Below are positions 21,178 to 31,328 of a stretch of 64,000 nucleotides of DNA, in pieces (position 1 is the stretch's first letter; every line of letters begins with the position of its first letter). The DNA is from Picochlorum sp. SENEW3 (lineage: Eukaryota): contig CP120453.1 in NCBI GenBank assembly GCA_034226945.1, positions 1,488,001 through 1,552,000 on the forward strand. Reading direction: 5' to 3'. The notes beneath the pieces were generated by a model. That model did no database searches. It was not told the origin of the DNA and saw only the letters and a program-made list of their open reading frames with translations. Both the position numbers and the translations under genes were made by a program.

Positions 21178-23750
21178 TTATGCGAAAGCATTATCACTAT
21201 CGATGGTCTCATGAGGGGACCAGTGCCCTGGACTAGCGCTTTCTGGAGATATCTCTGCCTCCTCCATGAATACCATGGCACCGCTCTGGTGCTCTGGCAT
21301 AGCAGGAGGACATTGACCTACAGCCAAAAATTGGTTCACGAGGGTATGCGCTGCTTGGCATGATTCTTCTGGTCCACTAATCTCTAGAGTTCTCAGGCCA
21401 TCCGGACTCTGGCCAGTGGGCAAGTGCACTCTAGTTCCTGTTAGCTGCCTGATTTGAGTAACATGATGTCCTCCCTTGCCAATCACTGCTCCCGCTTGGA
21501 GATTGGTCAGTCGATACCTCCATAAAACGGAAGGTGAGGCTGGGAAACTACCATGGGCTACAGTTGCATAGGCTGCTGGGGCACCAGATCCTGCAGCAGT
21601 GACTGGAACAGCTACAAGCCCACCATTGGCAGCTCCCATTGCAAGAGATTGTGCCAGAAGACCAGGCGCTAAAGTGATTGTTGTCACTGCTCTAGGAGTG
21701 GCTGTAATTGTCCGCCGAATGTGCCAACCACGTAACAAGGTTGCCACACCCCGAAGAGCAACTATGCATTGATGCAATGCACCTTCTATCTGGATGATCT
21801 CATCTCCCCCAGGTTCTCCACCACCAATCGCAACTGCAGCAGCTGCTGCCAATGGAGCCTCTACAGCCAGCACTCTAATGGATGCGCCAGTTTCCTGCCT
21901 CAGCTGCATTACAGTTGCTCCTTTTCTTCCTAGAACAGCTCCAATCGATACCTGTGGCGCTAAAAGTCGCACTACATGATTCCGAGACGACCCCTCATCT
22001 GAGTTTAATGAGATGGCACATCGAACAAGTGCATCCTGTGCAGCACAGTAGTTGCTATTGGCATCCTCACTGGAGTAGACACAGATCAGGCGATCCTCCA
22101 CATCATCTGCACTCCCATACACTTTGATACGGGCTCCAGTTTCGTGGCGAATTCGTTGAATGTGATCGCCTCCACGTCCAATGATATTCCCTGCTCTATC
22201 TGCTGGAACCAAGAGCCTGAAAACTGTGTCCATGGACATGCCTGGAGCCCCTGGGAACATGGACTGGGCGTAATCATTGTACGTTTTGGTGACCGAATTG
22301 TGCAAATATTGCAAATCTCCAGTTGAAGCATGCGCAAGGAGCATCCGTTTTCTATGAGAGCCTCTGTGTCTTGGAGGATGCAATTCAAGATGCAAGGCAA
22401 TCTTCCTCAGAGCACAGGAAACATTGTCTCGTGCACCTGTGACTTGAATCATTTCATCACTCACCCACGCACAACTTGGCAGTTCCCCTTTTGGCATCAC
22501 TCGTACGTGTGCGCCTGTCTCCTCCATGATACCTTTGATTGTAAGCCCAGCTTTGCCAACCAGAGAGCCCACCTGACTGGTGTCCACCAGCAGACGGACT
22601 TCACACGCATCCCCCAAAGATGAATGACCGTCAACCATTCTAATATCCATATCCCTGTTCATGCTCACAGGAGATGGAGACCGGTCGTGCATCTCATCCT
22701 CACTTCCCATGACACTACCATGCAGAGACTCCGCCCGAATGTCACACAAGCTATCGACGACAGCAACAAGGGCATCCCCTCCTGAACTAGAGGAGTGCAA
22801 AGGAGAATCTTTGCAAAGACTTATTCTTACCACCCTGTCATCGCTGCCAGCGACAGAGTCCTCAATCACAATCTCAGAACTTGTCTCCCTCCTCATCCTT
22901 CTGATGTTCTCTCCCTTTCTCCCAATCATGGCACCAACAAACGCAATGGGGCACAAAATTCTCAGAGTCACGTCCTCAGATTTTGAGCTTCCATCCTGCA
23001 AGACGACAAAGCCATCGAATGAGTCCATCGAAGCTACCAGACTTGAACAACCTCCACCCCAGCCCTTGGTTGCAGCAACATCGTCGCCCTCAACCACGCC
23101 AAGTACCCCGCTGGGCAGCACTTTTTCAACATCCTTATATAGATTCATACATACACCATCCCGAATCCCGCCATCGACAGTCATACAACACCTCCCGCCC
23201 AAGCACGTGGCAGGCGCGAGCGTTGTCGCCTGAGCCAGCGGAGGCTCCGATCGACAGCGGCCCGCGACCGAACCGTGCGAATCCCACCACAATTCGAAAC
23301 ACAAACCAGGCAGCGCCATCGCAGCCCTGCACACTCCTACAACTCAGCCCGACGTTCATGATGAACAAATAGACGTACCGATCGCCTTGCTGTAAGACTT
23401 GAGCTTGGCGCTGGGCTTATATCAAGCCTGTGCAGCGTCGCCGTGGAGGCACTTCGGGTCTCAAATCCAGGATCTCGTGCCTGCATCTCACATTCCTGCT
23501 TCCCCTGCAATAAAAAAGATACATAATCAGTTTCTGGATCAAAATTACTGCGCTGCGTCGCGTGTTCATGGCGGGAGTGCAACAACGCAGTAGTTCCCCT
23601 CCACCCGGGATTTCCCGACTACTCTGTAGAGACAAGACGTACATCGCCATCTGATGCAGAGGAGGGCGTTTCTAGTCTGTTATCCACATCAGTTATTACT
23701 TCCTTTGTATTGGAGTGCATTGCAGCACTCTCTTGGATATCCAGCGCCAT
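21178..23750 (-). CDS. Five-KH-domain RNA-binding protein (HEN4/PCBP-like) (3 coding exons)
   Basis: Phase-0 model: exons 23750-23643, 23504-23379, 22995-21178, both introns GTACGT...GCAG. Five GxxG loops: IGRKG, VGKAG, IGRGG, LGRKG, IGKGG. Confidence 0.85.
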
Positions 23751-24946
23751 CTGACGCTGGATAGTACGCTGACTCGTATACGCAGGCACCTGTTTCCCTT
23801 CAAAACTGGGATGCTCCGCGTGAATGACAACTTCAAATCTTCGCCAAACCTATCTAGCAACTTGTCATATAATTGTACCTGTGGAACGGGAGCAGACAGA
23901 ATGATGATGTTACACTGCGAGGCCGTTGGCCGGTGCATGGAGAGAGACTGTGCCCTATCAAAGCACTCGTTGATGGGAGACACTAGCGCACTTTAGGATG
24001 ACAGGCCTCCTCGGGACCCACGCGACATGCCAAGGTGTCGGCTCCACCATTGGCTGATACCCTTTCCCATCGCCGGATGCCCTCAGAAGGACAGGATGTC
24101 AAGTCGTCATCTGGGATCCTCCTTACGCGACGTTCATCAACCTTCGCCAGTAGCTCTCATCCCAGCCTGAGTTGCAGCAGAAGCTGATAGACATGGAATC
24201 TCATCATCATATTGACATGCTGAGCTCTTGAAAGGTTGGTTCTTGAGCCGGTTCAACACGTCAAGGTCGTCTGGTTGGTGACTGACGTGTCAGGGAAGTC
24301 GGCACCGACTGCTTCCACGCGCAGTGTTGTATTTGCGCCAAGAAGCACGTACATTATCACGTTTATCATCTCAAAATATTTGCGAGTGCAATGCAAGACA
24401 AGAGACCCACGGTAGGGAGCGGCGTTGGTGGTTGGCCCTCAGGCGTGGCAATCTTCTTGGGCCTACCCAGATGAGTATGTCGCCCAGACATCGCCATACT
24501 AGGTATGTCGGCTGAGCGCATGGGTCAATGGTCAATGCAAGACCATAATATACGAAGCTATGGAAGAAGGTGGCCTCATTTCAACCCATGGCGGTGGCAG
24601 TGCCAACCGTACCAACTGCCACCGAAGCTGCACGTGCACCGTGTTGTGTCAATGACGAACGCTGTTCCGCCCATTCACCTCAATAAAACCTGCCATATTG
24701 TTACAGCAGTGCATTTATTCCTCGTTTCTATCGAGGCTTCGAATTACACCGCCCAATTGCAAATTGGGTGGGAGGCTACCACGACCTTGGGTGCAGTGCC
24801 GTTTCATCCCGATGTGCAATAGCAATACCTCCCTCATTCCCTGTTACACGCATGCATACGACTTTTATCCATAATAACGTGTACATTTTGAAGAAGAAAC
24901 ACAGTTGACACCCCAATACCCAGGAGCAGCCTGTGCATGTGAGATT

Positions 24947-25894
24947 ATGGCTTCTCTGCAAGGCCTCGCAAGCAATCTGATCGGGAATGTTGCATCGCAA
25001 AACTATGCCACATTCCAGCAGTCTATTCAGAGGCGCCCAAAGACCAGTCGTTCGTCGGACCCAAAGTTGTGGCGTTTGCCGCCGGTGTGCGTCACGAATG
25101 AAGGCAAGGAAGTGCGGGTGAGGAAGCTTGTTGAAGAGCGCGGGATCGATGATGACAATGACTATATTATAGTAGATCCAGAGAATCCTGTCCCCAACCC
25201 AGAGTTGGGCCCTTTGGAAAGGAGGGTGAGTGTGACGTTTGAGGAGGGCCTGGCCCTGGACGCTGTGGACAAGGAGGCTATGGAGTATTGGTTTACCGAG
25301 CCTCCTCAGGGATGGAGTACTGAGAAACGGATTCTGAAAAAGGTCCAAGGTTTTCCCGTGGACGAAAATATGGATGAGTTCAGGCACGAGGGGGGAGATA
25401 GAAAGCCACTGTCAAACCTGCAGATTGGGGATGTCTTGACTGGCACGGTTGTTGCACAGCTGATGAACCACGGTCTCCGAGTCGACATAGGTGCGGAAGC
25501 CGATGGACTCGTTCCTATGAGAGGTATAGATATATGGAAGAAGGCAGAACAGCAAGGGAAGCTCCCTGACGTTGGTGATAGTATTGAGGTGGAGGTGTTT
25601 GCAATTCGAGAAGACCCTGTGTTTCGCTTCCCCTTACAAGTAGCTCCTTTAGATGAAGACCTTGCATCCAATATACCCCCTCCGGAGGAGCATAAGCCTC
25701 CGTTAGATTTACGAGATGTACCTCTCAGCAGGTATGATGAGGTGGCCAGACTTTCTGGACGATTCTGGGGGACGCAAAAGGTTTTGGTCACGCCTGCAGA
25801 TCTTGACGACTTTGCAGCAGGCAGCGACGACTTTGAGATATCTGAGGAGGATATGGAACTCTTCGATTCCATTGTTGCCGAACTAGATTTGTAA
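24947..25894 (+). CDS. Plastid S1-domain protein, pTAC10/PAP3-like
   Basis: Transit-peptide-like N-terminus. S1 domain GDVLTGTV...GLRVDIGAEADGLVP followed by DPVFRFPLQV...PPLDLR...SGR, which resembles land-plant pTAC10 from memory. Confidence 0.75.
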   Translation: MASLQGLASNLIGNVASQNYATFQQSIQRRPKTSRSSDPKLWRLPPVCVTNEGKEVRVRKLVEERGIDDDNDYIIVDPENPVPNPELGPLERRVSVTFEEGLALDAVDKEAMEYWFTEPPQGWSTEKRILKKVQGFPVDENMDEFRHEGGDRKPLSNLQIGDVLTGTVVAQLMNHGLRVDIGAEADGLVPMRGIDIWKKAEQQGKLPDVGDSIEVEVFAIREDPVFRFPLQVAPLDEDLASNIPPPEEHKPPLDLRDVPLSRYDEVARLSGRFWGTQKVLVTPADLDDFAAGSDDFEISEEDMELFDSIVAELDL

Positions 25895-25939
25895 TATGCT
25901 CTGTTTCCCTATTTCTTGCACGTTTGATTTTGTAATGTA

Positions 25940-26815
25940 CTATGGTTTTCCTTTTTTCTGTGCAACAATGCAATATGTTGTCCCAAAGTGCCAACGTTGC
26001 ATTTGAAGAATGAATAGATCGTTACTACACTCGCCAATAACCTGTGCAATATCTCTATTGAAATTGCAACCCCACTTGTCAAAATGGATCCGTTCCTGAG
26101 AGTCCAAGATGCTGTTAATAAACGACCAAGTGCCTTTGCCATGCTCAAGAAGAATTAAAATGCCCCCTGGTTTGAGAGTTTTCGTCATCTCACGGACGGC
26201 ATGCACTGGATCAGCGCAGGAACATAACCCAAAGCTATCTACCACGGTGTCAAAGTGATTCTCAGGGAACTGCACCGGCTGCCGAAGAGCTGGTCCATAT
26301 GGGCCATGCTCCTTTACGGTTTGTGCATCACCCATGCCACCACCTCCTCGATTCACGCTGTCATGTCCTGATGTCAAATCAAGCACGTCTGCCACTGCAA
26401 AAGTCACATTAAGATCGCCTGACTTTTCCTTCGCTTCGAGCAACATATCCCTGTTTCTATCTGTGCAGATAAGTGAAGTCACCTTGTCTGTGTCATAATA
26501 TTTGAAATTCCTCCCTGTTCCTGCAGAAACTTCCAATACCTTTCCCGTGGCATATGTACGTATCAGCCATCGACGAAGCAATAACATCCCCAGCACCATT
26601 TCATCCATATGAATGCTTGCGTCATACTTGGGAGCAAGAGACCTGAAGATGCTATTGGACTTTGCCTCATTCCATGCAGAAGAGGTCATGGAGTCTTCCT
26701 GATGCTCCTCCTCACCTGACGCATTCTTTATCTTCTGACCTTTTACATAGGTATATGCTCCTATAGTAGCTCCTAAATATACTATACCGCCTTTGACCAG
26801 AGACTGAAGACGCAT
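25940..26815 (-). CDS. SAM-dependent methyltransferase, OMS1-like (probably mitochondrial)
   Basis: N-terminal TM helix, GKVLEVSAGTGRN, FDTVVDSFGLCS, LLEHGKG...WGCNFNRDI. Confidence 0.85.
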   Translation of the reverse strand: MRLQSLVKGGIVYLGATIGAYTYVKGQKIKNASGEEEHQEDSMTSSAWNEAKSNSIFRSLAPKYDASIHMDEMVLGMLLLRRWLIRTYATGKVLEVSAGTGRNFKYYDTDKVTSLICTDRNRDMLLEAKEKSGDLNVTFAVADVLDLTSGHDSVNRGGGGMGDAQTVKEHGPYGPALRQPVQFPENHFDTVVDSFGLCSCADPVHAVREMTKTLKPGGILILLEHGKGTWSFINSILDSQERIHFDKWGCNFNRDIAQVIGECSNDLFILQMQRWHFGTTYCIVAQKKGKP

Positions 26816-27137
26816 ATCAAACGTCCACAACAGCAACTGTACCTGAGCACACCAACTACTGTTACGACATTGTATCACTCCTGGTCACTTTCATCTCCAT
26901 TGCATCCATATCTACCAATATTTGTCCTTTGTGGAGCTTGAATCTTCTTTTTGATTCCTTTGTCGAAATTTCGAAACTCGATCTATCGACAACGTTGACG
27001 TCAACGGTCAGAGCCAACCCGTCATGGGAGAAAAAGACAGCGGTTGTTCGGCGATCACTTTTTCCTTGTCCTTCTCAGATGATGCCAGAACCCTACTCAT
27101 TACTCAGACAGTATTTGTCAGTGCATGTGCTTCAGTC

Positions 27138-28085
27138 ATGCATTGCGAGATCAGACCCCGGGGTGGGTGGATGGGTGCCCCTTCCGCTTGGGGCAGCAGA
27201 AAGACACGACACGTGAAACTGGGGCACGTGCACAGGACATGTGCGATAGATTACCATGATACCAAACTTCCAGCAGAGAGAGACCAACGACCGGTATCTG
27301 GGAGTCTCGTGGATATGACTAGGAGGCAGGTGGTCCATTTGAGCTGTGGCTGCCTCTTGTGTGCAGCCCAGTCACCGGATGGCTTCTCCCCAGTGCGCAC
27401 GAGGAATTCGACAATGGATAGAATGTTTGCGAATGCTATGGCTCAAGGGATGCAAGAATATGAAAACGCGATTCGGCCTGTGAAGCAGAAGTTATTTCGA
27501 GAGTTGAATGACCATCTGACAAGGGTCGTAGCCACAAAGGCACTGGGGAATGAGGTCTCTGTCGCAGAGATTGGCATTGGCGCTGGCCCAAACCTTGAGT
27601 ATTACGATCCAAACACTACACGTATAGAAGCAATCGAGCCGAATGATTTTATGAAGGCCTTTGTGGAGCAAAAATTGGTTGATCTAGGATTTCCTCTGGA
27701 CGGATTCATCACTTGGAGCAATGCAGTTGCTGAAGACTTGCCGTTGGAAACAGAATCTCAAGATGCAGTTGTTTGCACGATTGTCCTATGCTCTGTCGCA
27801 GACGTTGATAAGGCCTTGTCAGAATTCTATAGAATTTTGAAGCCAGGAGGAATGCTCTTGTTGATTGAACACACTGTAGCAGATGAAGGATTGTTGAGGG
27901 GTGCGCAGATGCTCCTCAATCCACTCCAAAATTTCCTTGCGGATGGCTGCAATTTGACAAGAAATCCTGGTACGAATCTGAGTCGTATCGAGGGCCTCTC
28001 CAAGGATGGTTTGTTATCTTTTTCGGTTCCAGGAATGGGCTTGTTATCTCCTCACATTGCTGGATTATTACACAAGAAAGAATAG
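27138..28085 (+). CDS. METTL7-like type 11 methyltransferase (probably plastid)
   Basis: EIGIGAGPN, DAVVCTIVLCSV, LKPGG...IEH, ADGCNLTR. The start may be 27024 or 27138. Confidence 0.85.
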   Translation: MHCEIRPRGGWMGAPSAWGSRKTRHVKLGHVHRTCAIDYHDTKLPAERDQRPVSGSLVDMTRRQVVHLSCGCLLCAAQSPDGFSPVRTRNSTMDRMFANAMAQGMQEYENAIRPVKQKLFRELNDHLTRVVATKALGNEVSVAEIGIGAGPNLEYYDPNTTRIEAIEPNDFMKAFVEQKLVDLGFPLDGFITWSNAVAEDLPLETESQDAVVCTIVLCSVADVDKALSEFYRILKPGGMLLLIEHTVADEGLLRGAQMLLNPLQNFLADGCNLTRNPGTNLSRIEGLSKDGLLSFSVPGMGLLSPHIAGLLHKKE

Positions 28086-28146
28086 AATCTAGCACAACGA
28101 TGGCGTGTATACGTAATATATATATACTGGGAAAATGAAACATGAA

Positions 28147-29379
28147 TCAGTTCGAAGTGCCCAACTGAACGTCCACATGGACCTTTGAATCACCACGCAG
28201 CATTTCCAAGTCCAGCGTGTCTCCGACTTTGCACGTATTGAGCACGCGAAACAGATCTGAAGAATTACGCACAGGAACTGAGTTGACCCCGATGATGATA
28301 TCACCCAATACCAACCTGCCATAATCGTCGCGCTGCGTCCCAATGATCCCTGCAGCCTCTGCAGGGCTACCAGGCTTTGCAGATAGTACTAATATTCCTG
28401 AGATTCCAAGCTGGTCGACAGCTGCATCAGGTGCAAACGTGATTCCTATAAGTGGCCGTGAAACCTTTCCGTTCTCCAAAATCTGCTGCACGCTGTTCTT
28501 GACAGTATCAGATGGAATTGCAAAGCCAACCCCTGCGTTCATTCCTGTCGTGCTGAATATCGCAGTATTGATTCCAATCATTTCCCCAGAACTATTTAAA
28601 AGCGGACCACCGCTATTGCCTGGATTGATTGAACAATCAGTTTGAATCACTTGGCTAATAGGCCGACCCGTGGCGCCACTTGTAATCTCGCGCCCAAGTC
28701 CGCTAATCACGCCAGTGGTCAATGTATGATCCAGCCCAAACGGATTTCCTATAGCATATGTGCTCTGACCTACCGACAAATTTGTCGAAGACCCCACTTT
28801 GATAGGCCGGAGATTAGGAATTGGCTTTGCCAACTTCAGAACAGCAATGTCATTGTCCTGGTCCACTCCCACGATCTTGGCCTCGCTCTCCTCCCCCTCA
28901 CTCAGCGCAATCATCAGATCAGATGATCCCCTCACGACATGCAGATTGGTCACAATCGTCTCGGGATCCCAGACAATACCAGACCCGGCTCCTTGAGGAA
29001 TCTCTAGTGTGTTCATTGTAAAAGCGTCCCTCCTGAAAGCCAAATTCGTAATATACACAACGCTCTGATTTGTAGCCTTGAATAAACGAATCACAGCGTT
29101 CTCGTCCGATGTCAGTGACCCAGCAAGGGCGCTACTGCTGACCATTGGAAGGCTTTGAACACTGCCCAGCTGCAACACCACACTCGCGCACAACGCCATC
29201 ACACCCTTGGACACCCGCATCATTACATCCGTAGATGATAATGTGCCTTCCTTTTCATCATCAATCGATGGTCTCCGTGACGATACTACATGTGCTCGTT
29301 TCCCTTGAGTGGATACAAAGTGGAGTTCAAACCTCTTCCCTGAGAAACTACCACCTGGTCGCCGCAAAGACTCTATCAT
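28147..29379 (-). CDS. DEG1: Deg1 (HtrA) thylakoid-lumen serine protease
   Basis: Bipartite signal ending in ALA, IPQGAGSG, triad TNLHVV / DIAVL / PGNSGGP, C-terminal PDZ domain. Confidence 0.92.
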   Translation of the reverse strand: MIESLRRPGGSFSGKRFELHFVSTQGKRAHVVSSRRPSIDDEKEGTLSSTDVMMRVSKGVMALCASVVLQLGSVQSLPMVSSSALAGSLTSDENAVIRLFKATNQSVVYITNLAFRRDAFTMNTLEIPQGAGSGIVWDPETIVTNLHVVRGSSDLMIALSEGEESEAKIVGVDQDNDIAVLKLAKPIPNLRPIKVGSSTNLSVGQSTYAIGNPFGLDHTLTTGVISGLGREITSGATGRPISQVIQTDCSINPGNSGGPLLNSSGEMIGINTAIFSTTGMNAGVGFAIPSDTVKNSVQQILENGKVSRPLIGITFAPDAAVDQLGISGILVLSAKPGSPAEAAGIIGTQRDDYGRLVLGDIIIGVNSVPVRNSSDLFRVLNTCKVGDTLDLEMLRGDSKVHVDVQLGTSN

Positions 29380-29585
29380 CGTGCTATTAGTGAAATAATT
29401 AAGTTATATAAAAAATAGTGTCATCGAAAAATAAAAAGCAATTTCAATGGTTGTGGGTAAACATGCTGAATTTCTTACTTCGTACAATAAAAAAGACAAG
29501 TCCTCCTTGTTTATTTATACAAAAATAGCCCAGAAGTATCATCAGTCATTGTATTCCAGAGATAATAAATAAATAATTTATCACG

Positions 29586-31325
29586 ATGGAGGAGGTTGGT
29601 ATCCGTGTTCTCTTGTATTCTGTAGAAAGGCAAAGATGATCTCTGCGTTGGATGTCTTACTGTGTCCCCTGATCCTGCAGACGTGGCCTCTTTTCGAGAA
29701 GAAGATGAAATCTGCTCACTTGAGCAGTGCTGCGATTGATGCATTCAAGCATAATTATTCCCAGTTGGTGGCAGGAGTGACTGGGTTGGTACGTGGGACT
29801 TGGGTTTCGTGGGCTGTTTTCTTGTCGGGTGTGCTTACTCTCGTGTGGATACCGTATGGGTGTAGGTTGCTGAAGATACAATTGATCCAGTGGAATCTCT
29901 TCCATCGTTGGGTTCTTTGGGTAAAGATATTCCCAGGGATGTGGCTGATTTGTTACGCAAAACAGCTGTGCTCAAGTTGAACGGTGGATTGGGGACAAGC
30001 ATGGGGTTGGAGAAGGCGAAGAGTTTGCTGCCTGTGAAGGATGGGAAGACATTTTTGGATCTGATTGCTGAGCAAATTAAGCATATGCGAGCTGAGTTTA
30101 AAAGCAAGGTTCGGTTCATATTAATGAACAGCTTTTCGACGAGTGAGGATACGAGAGCATTCCTGAAGGAGCATCATCCCGATTTGTTAGAGGAGAGGGA
30201 TGTGGAGTTGATGCAGAACAGTTCTTGTAAGGTTGATATGAAGACGTTGCGGCCGGCGTCGTATCCACAGAACCCAGAAATGGAATGGTACGCTAGTGTG
30301 CTTGCTCCTGCCTCTGTTTCTTTGTTGAGGCATCCTCTTGGACGGACTTCCATGACTTCTCGCCATAACAATGATCATGTTGATGATGATGTAGGGCACC
30401 GCCGGGGCACGGAGATATTTACCCATCTCTGGTTGGAAGCGGCATGTTGGAGAGACTCTTGGCCGATGGCATTGAGTATGTGTTTGTATCAAACTCTGAC
30501 AATTTAGGTGCGACCCTGGACTTGCAATTATTGTCTCACTTTGCCAACTCTGGGAATTCATTTATGATGGAAGTGTGTAAGAGGACTCAGGGCGATAAAA
30601 AAGGCGGGCATCTGGCCAAGCGCAAGTCAGACGGTCGGCTCATTTTGAGAGAGAGTGCCATGTGCCCAGGAAAAGACAAGCCAATATTTGAGGACATCGA
30701 GGTGCACAAATATTTCAACACGAATAACTTGTGGTTGAATCTGAAGCACTTGAAGTCAACACTCGAGTCGTGCGGTGGCACGTTGAAATTACCTCTGATT
30801 AAAAATAATAAGACGGTCAACCCAAGGGATCCAAGCACAGAGAATGTCTTCCAACTGGAGACGGCCATGGGATCTGCAATTGAGTGCTTCGAAAACTCAT
30901 CTGCCATTGAAGTCCCCAGGACGCGTTTTGCTCCAGTGAAAACGAGCAGCGATCTCTTTGCGTTGCGCAGTGATGCATACAAGATCACAGAAGCTTCTAC
31001 AATTGCACTTGTAGCAGATGCACCACCATTTGTGAAACTGGATGATGAGCATTACAAGCTTGTCGATCAAATGGAATCTTTGACCCGAAATGTACCATCT
31101 CTCGTTGATTGCAAATCTCTCGTGGTCAAGGGTCGCATTCAGTTTGGCCCAGAGGTTGTTATTCGTGGATCCGTTGTGCTCAAACATGGTACGTTGATTC
31201 AATCCGTGACGCTGTCGATATATGAATTGCTAATACCACTTTGTATTTTGTATTCCTATGCAGTTGAAAATACAAAGGCGCAGATATTCGAGAGGGTTTT
31301 TGAAGATGTTGACATTGACGTCTAA
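29586..31325 (+). CDS. UGP: UDP-glucose pyrophosphorylase (5 exons)
   Basis: Exons 29586-29594, 29681-29788, 29866-30287, 30395-31188, 31264-31325. LKLNGGLGTSMG, WAPPGHGD, SNSDNLGA, FNTNNLW, RFAPVK. Confidence 0.95.
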
Positions 31326-31328
31326 ATT

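Noticed and set aside
24040..24280. U3 snoRNA-like fragments on the minus strand (ACGACCTT..., GGTTGATGAAC)
   Set aside because: No proper box A (GGATC...CTATAG) or box B (GAGCGTGA). Spacing is wrong, so the matches are probably chance.
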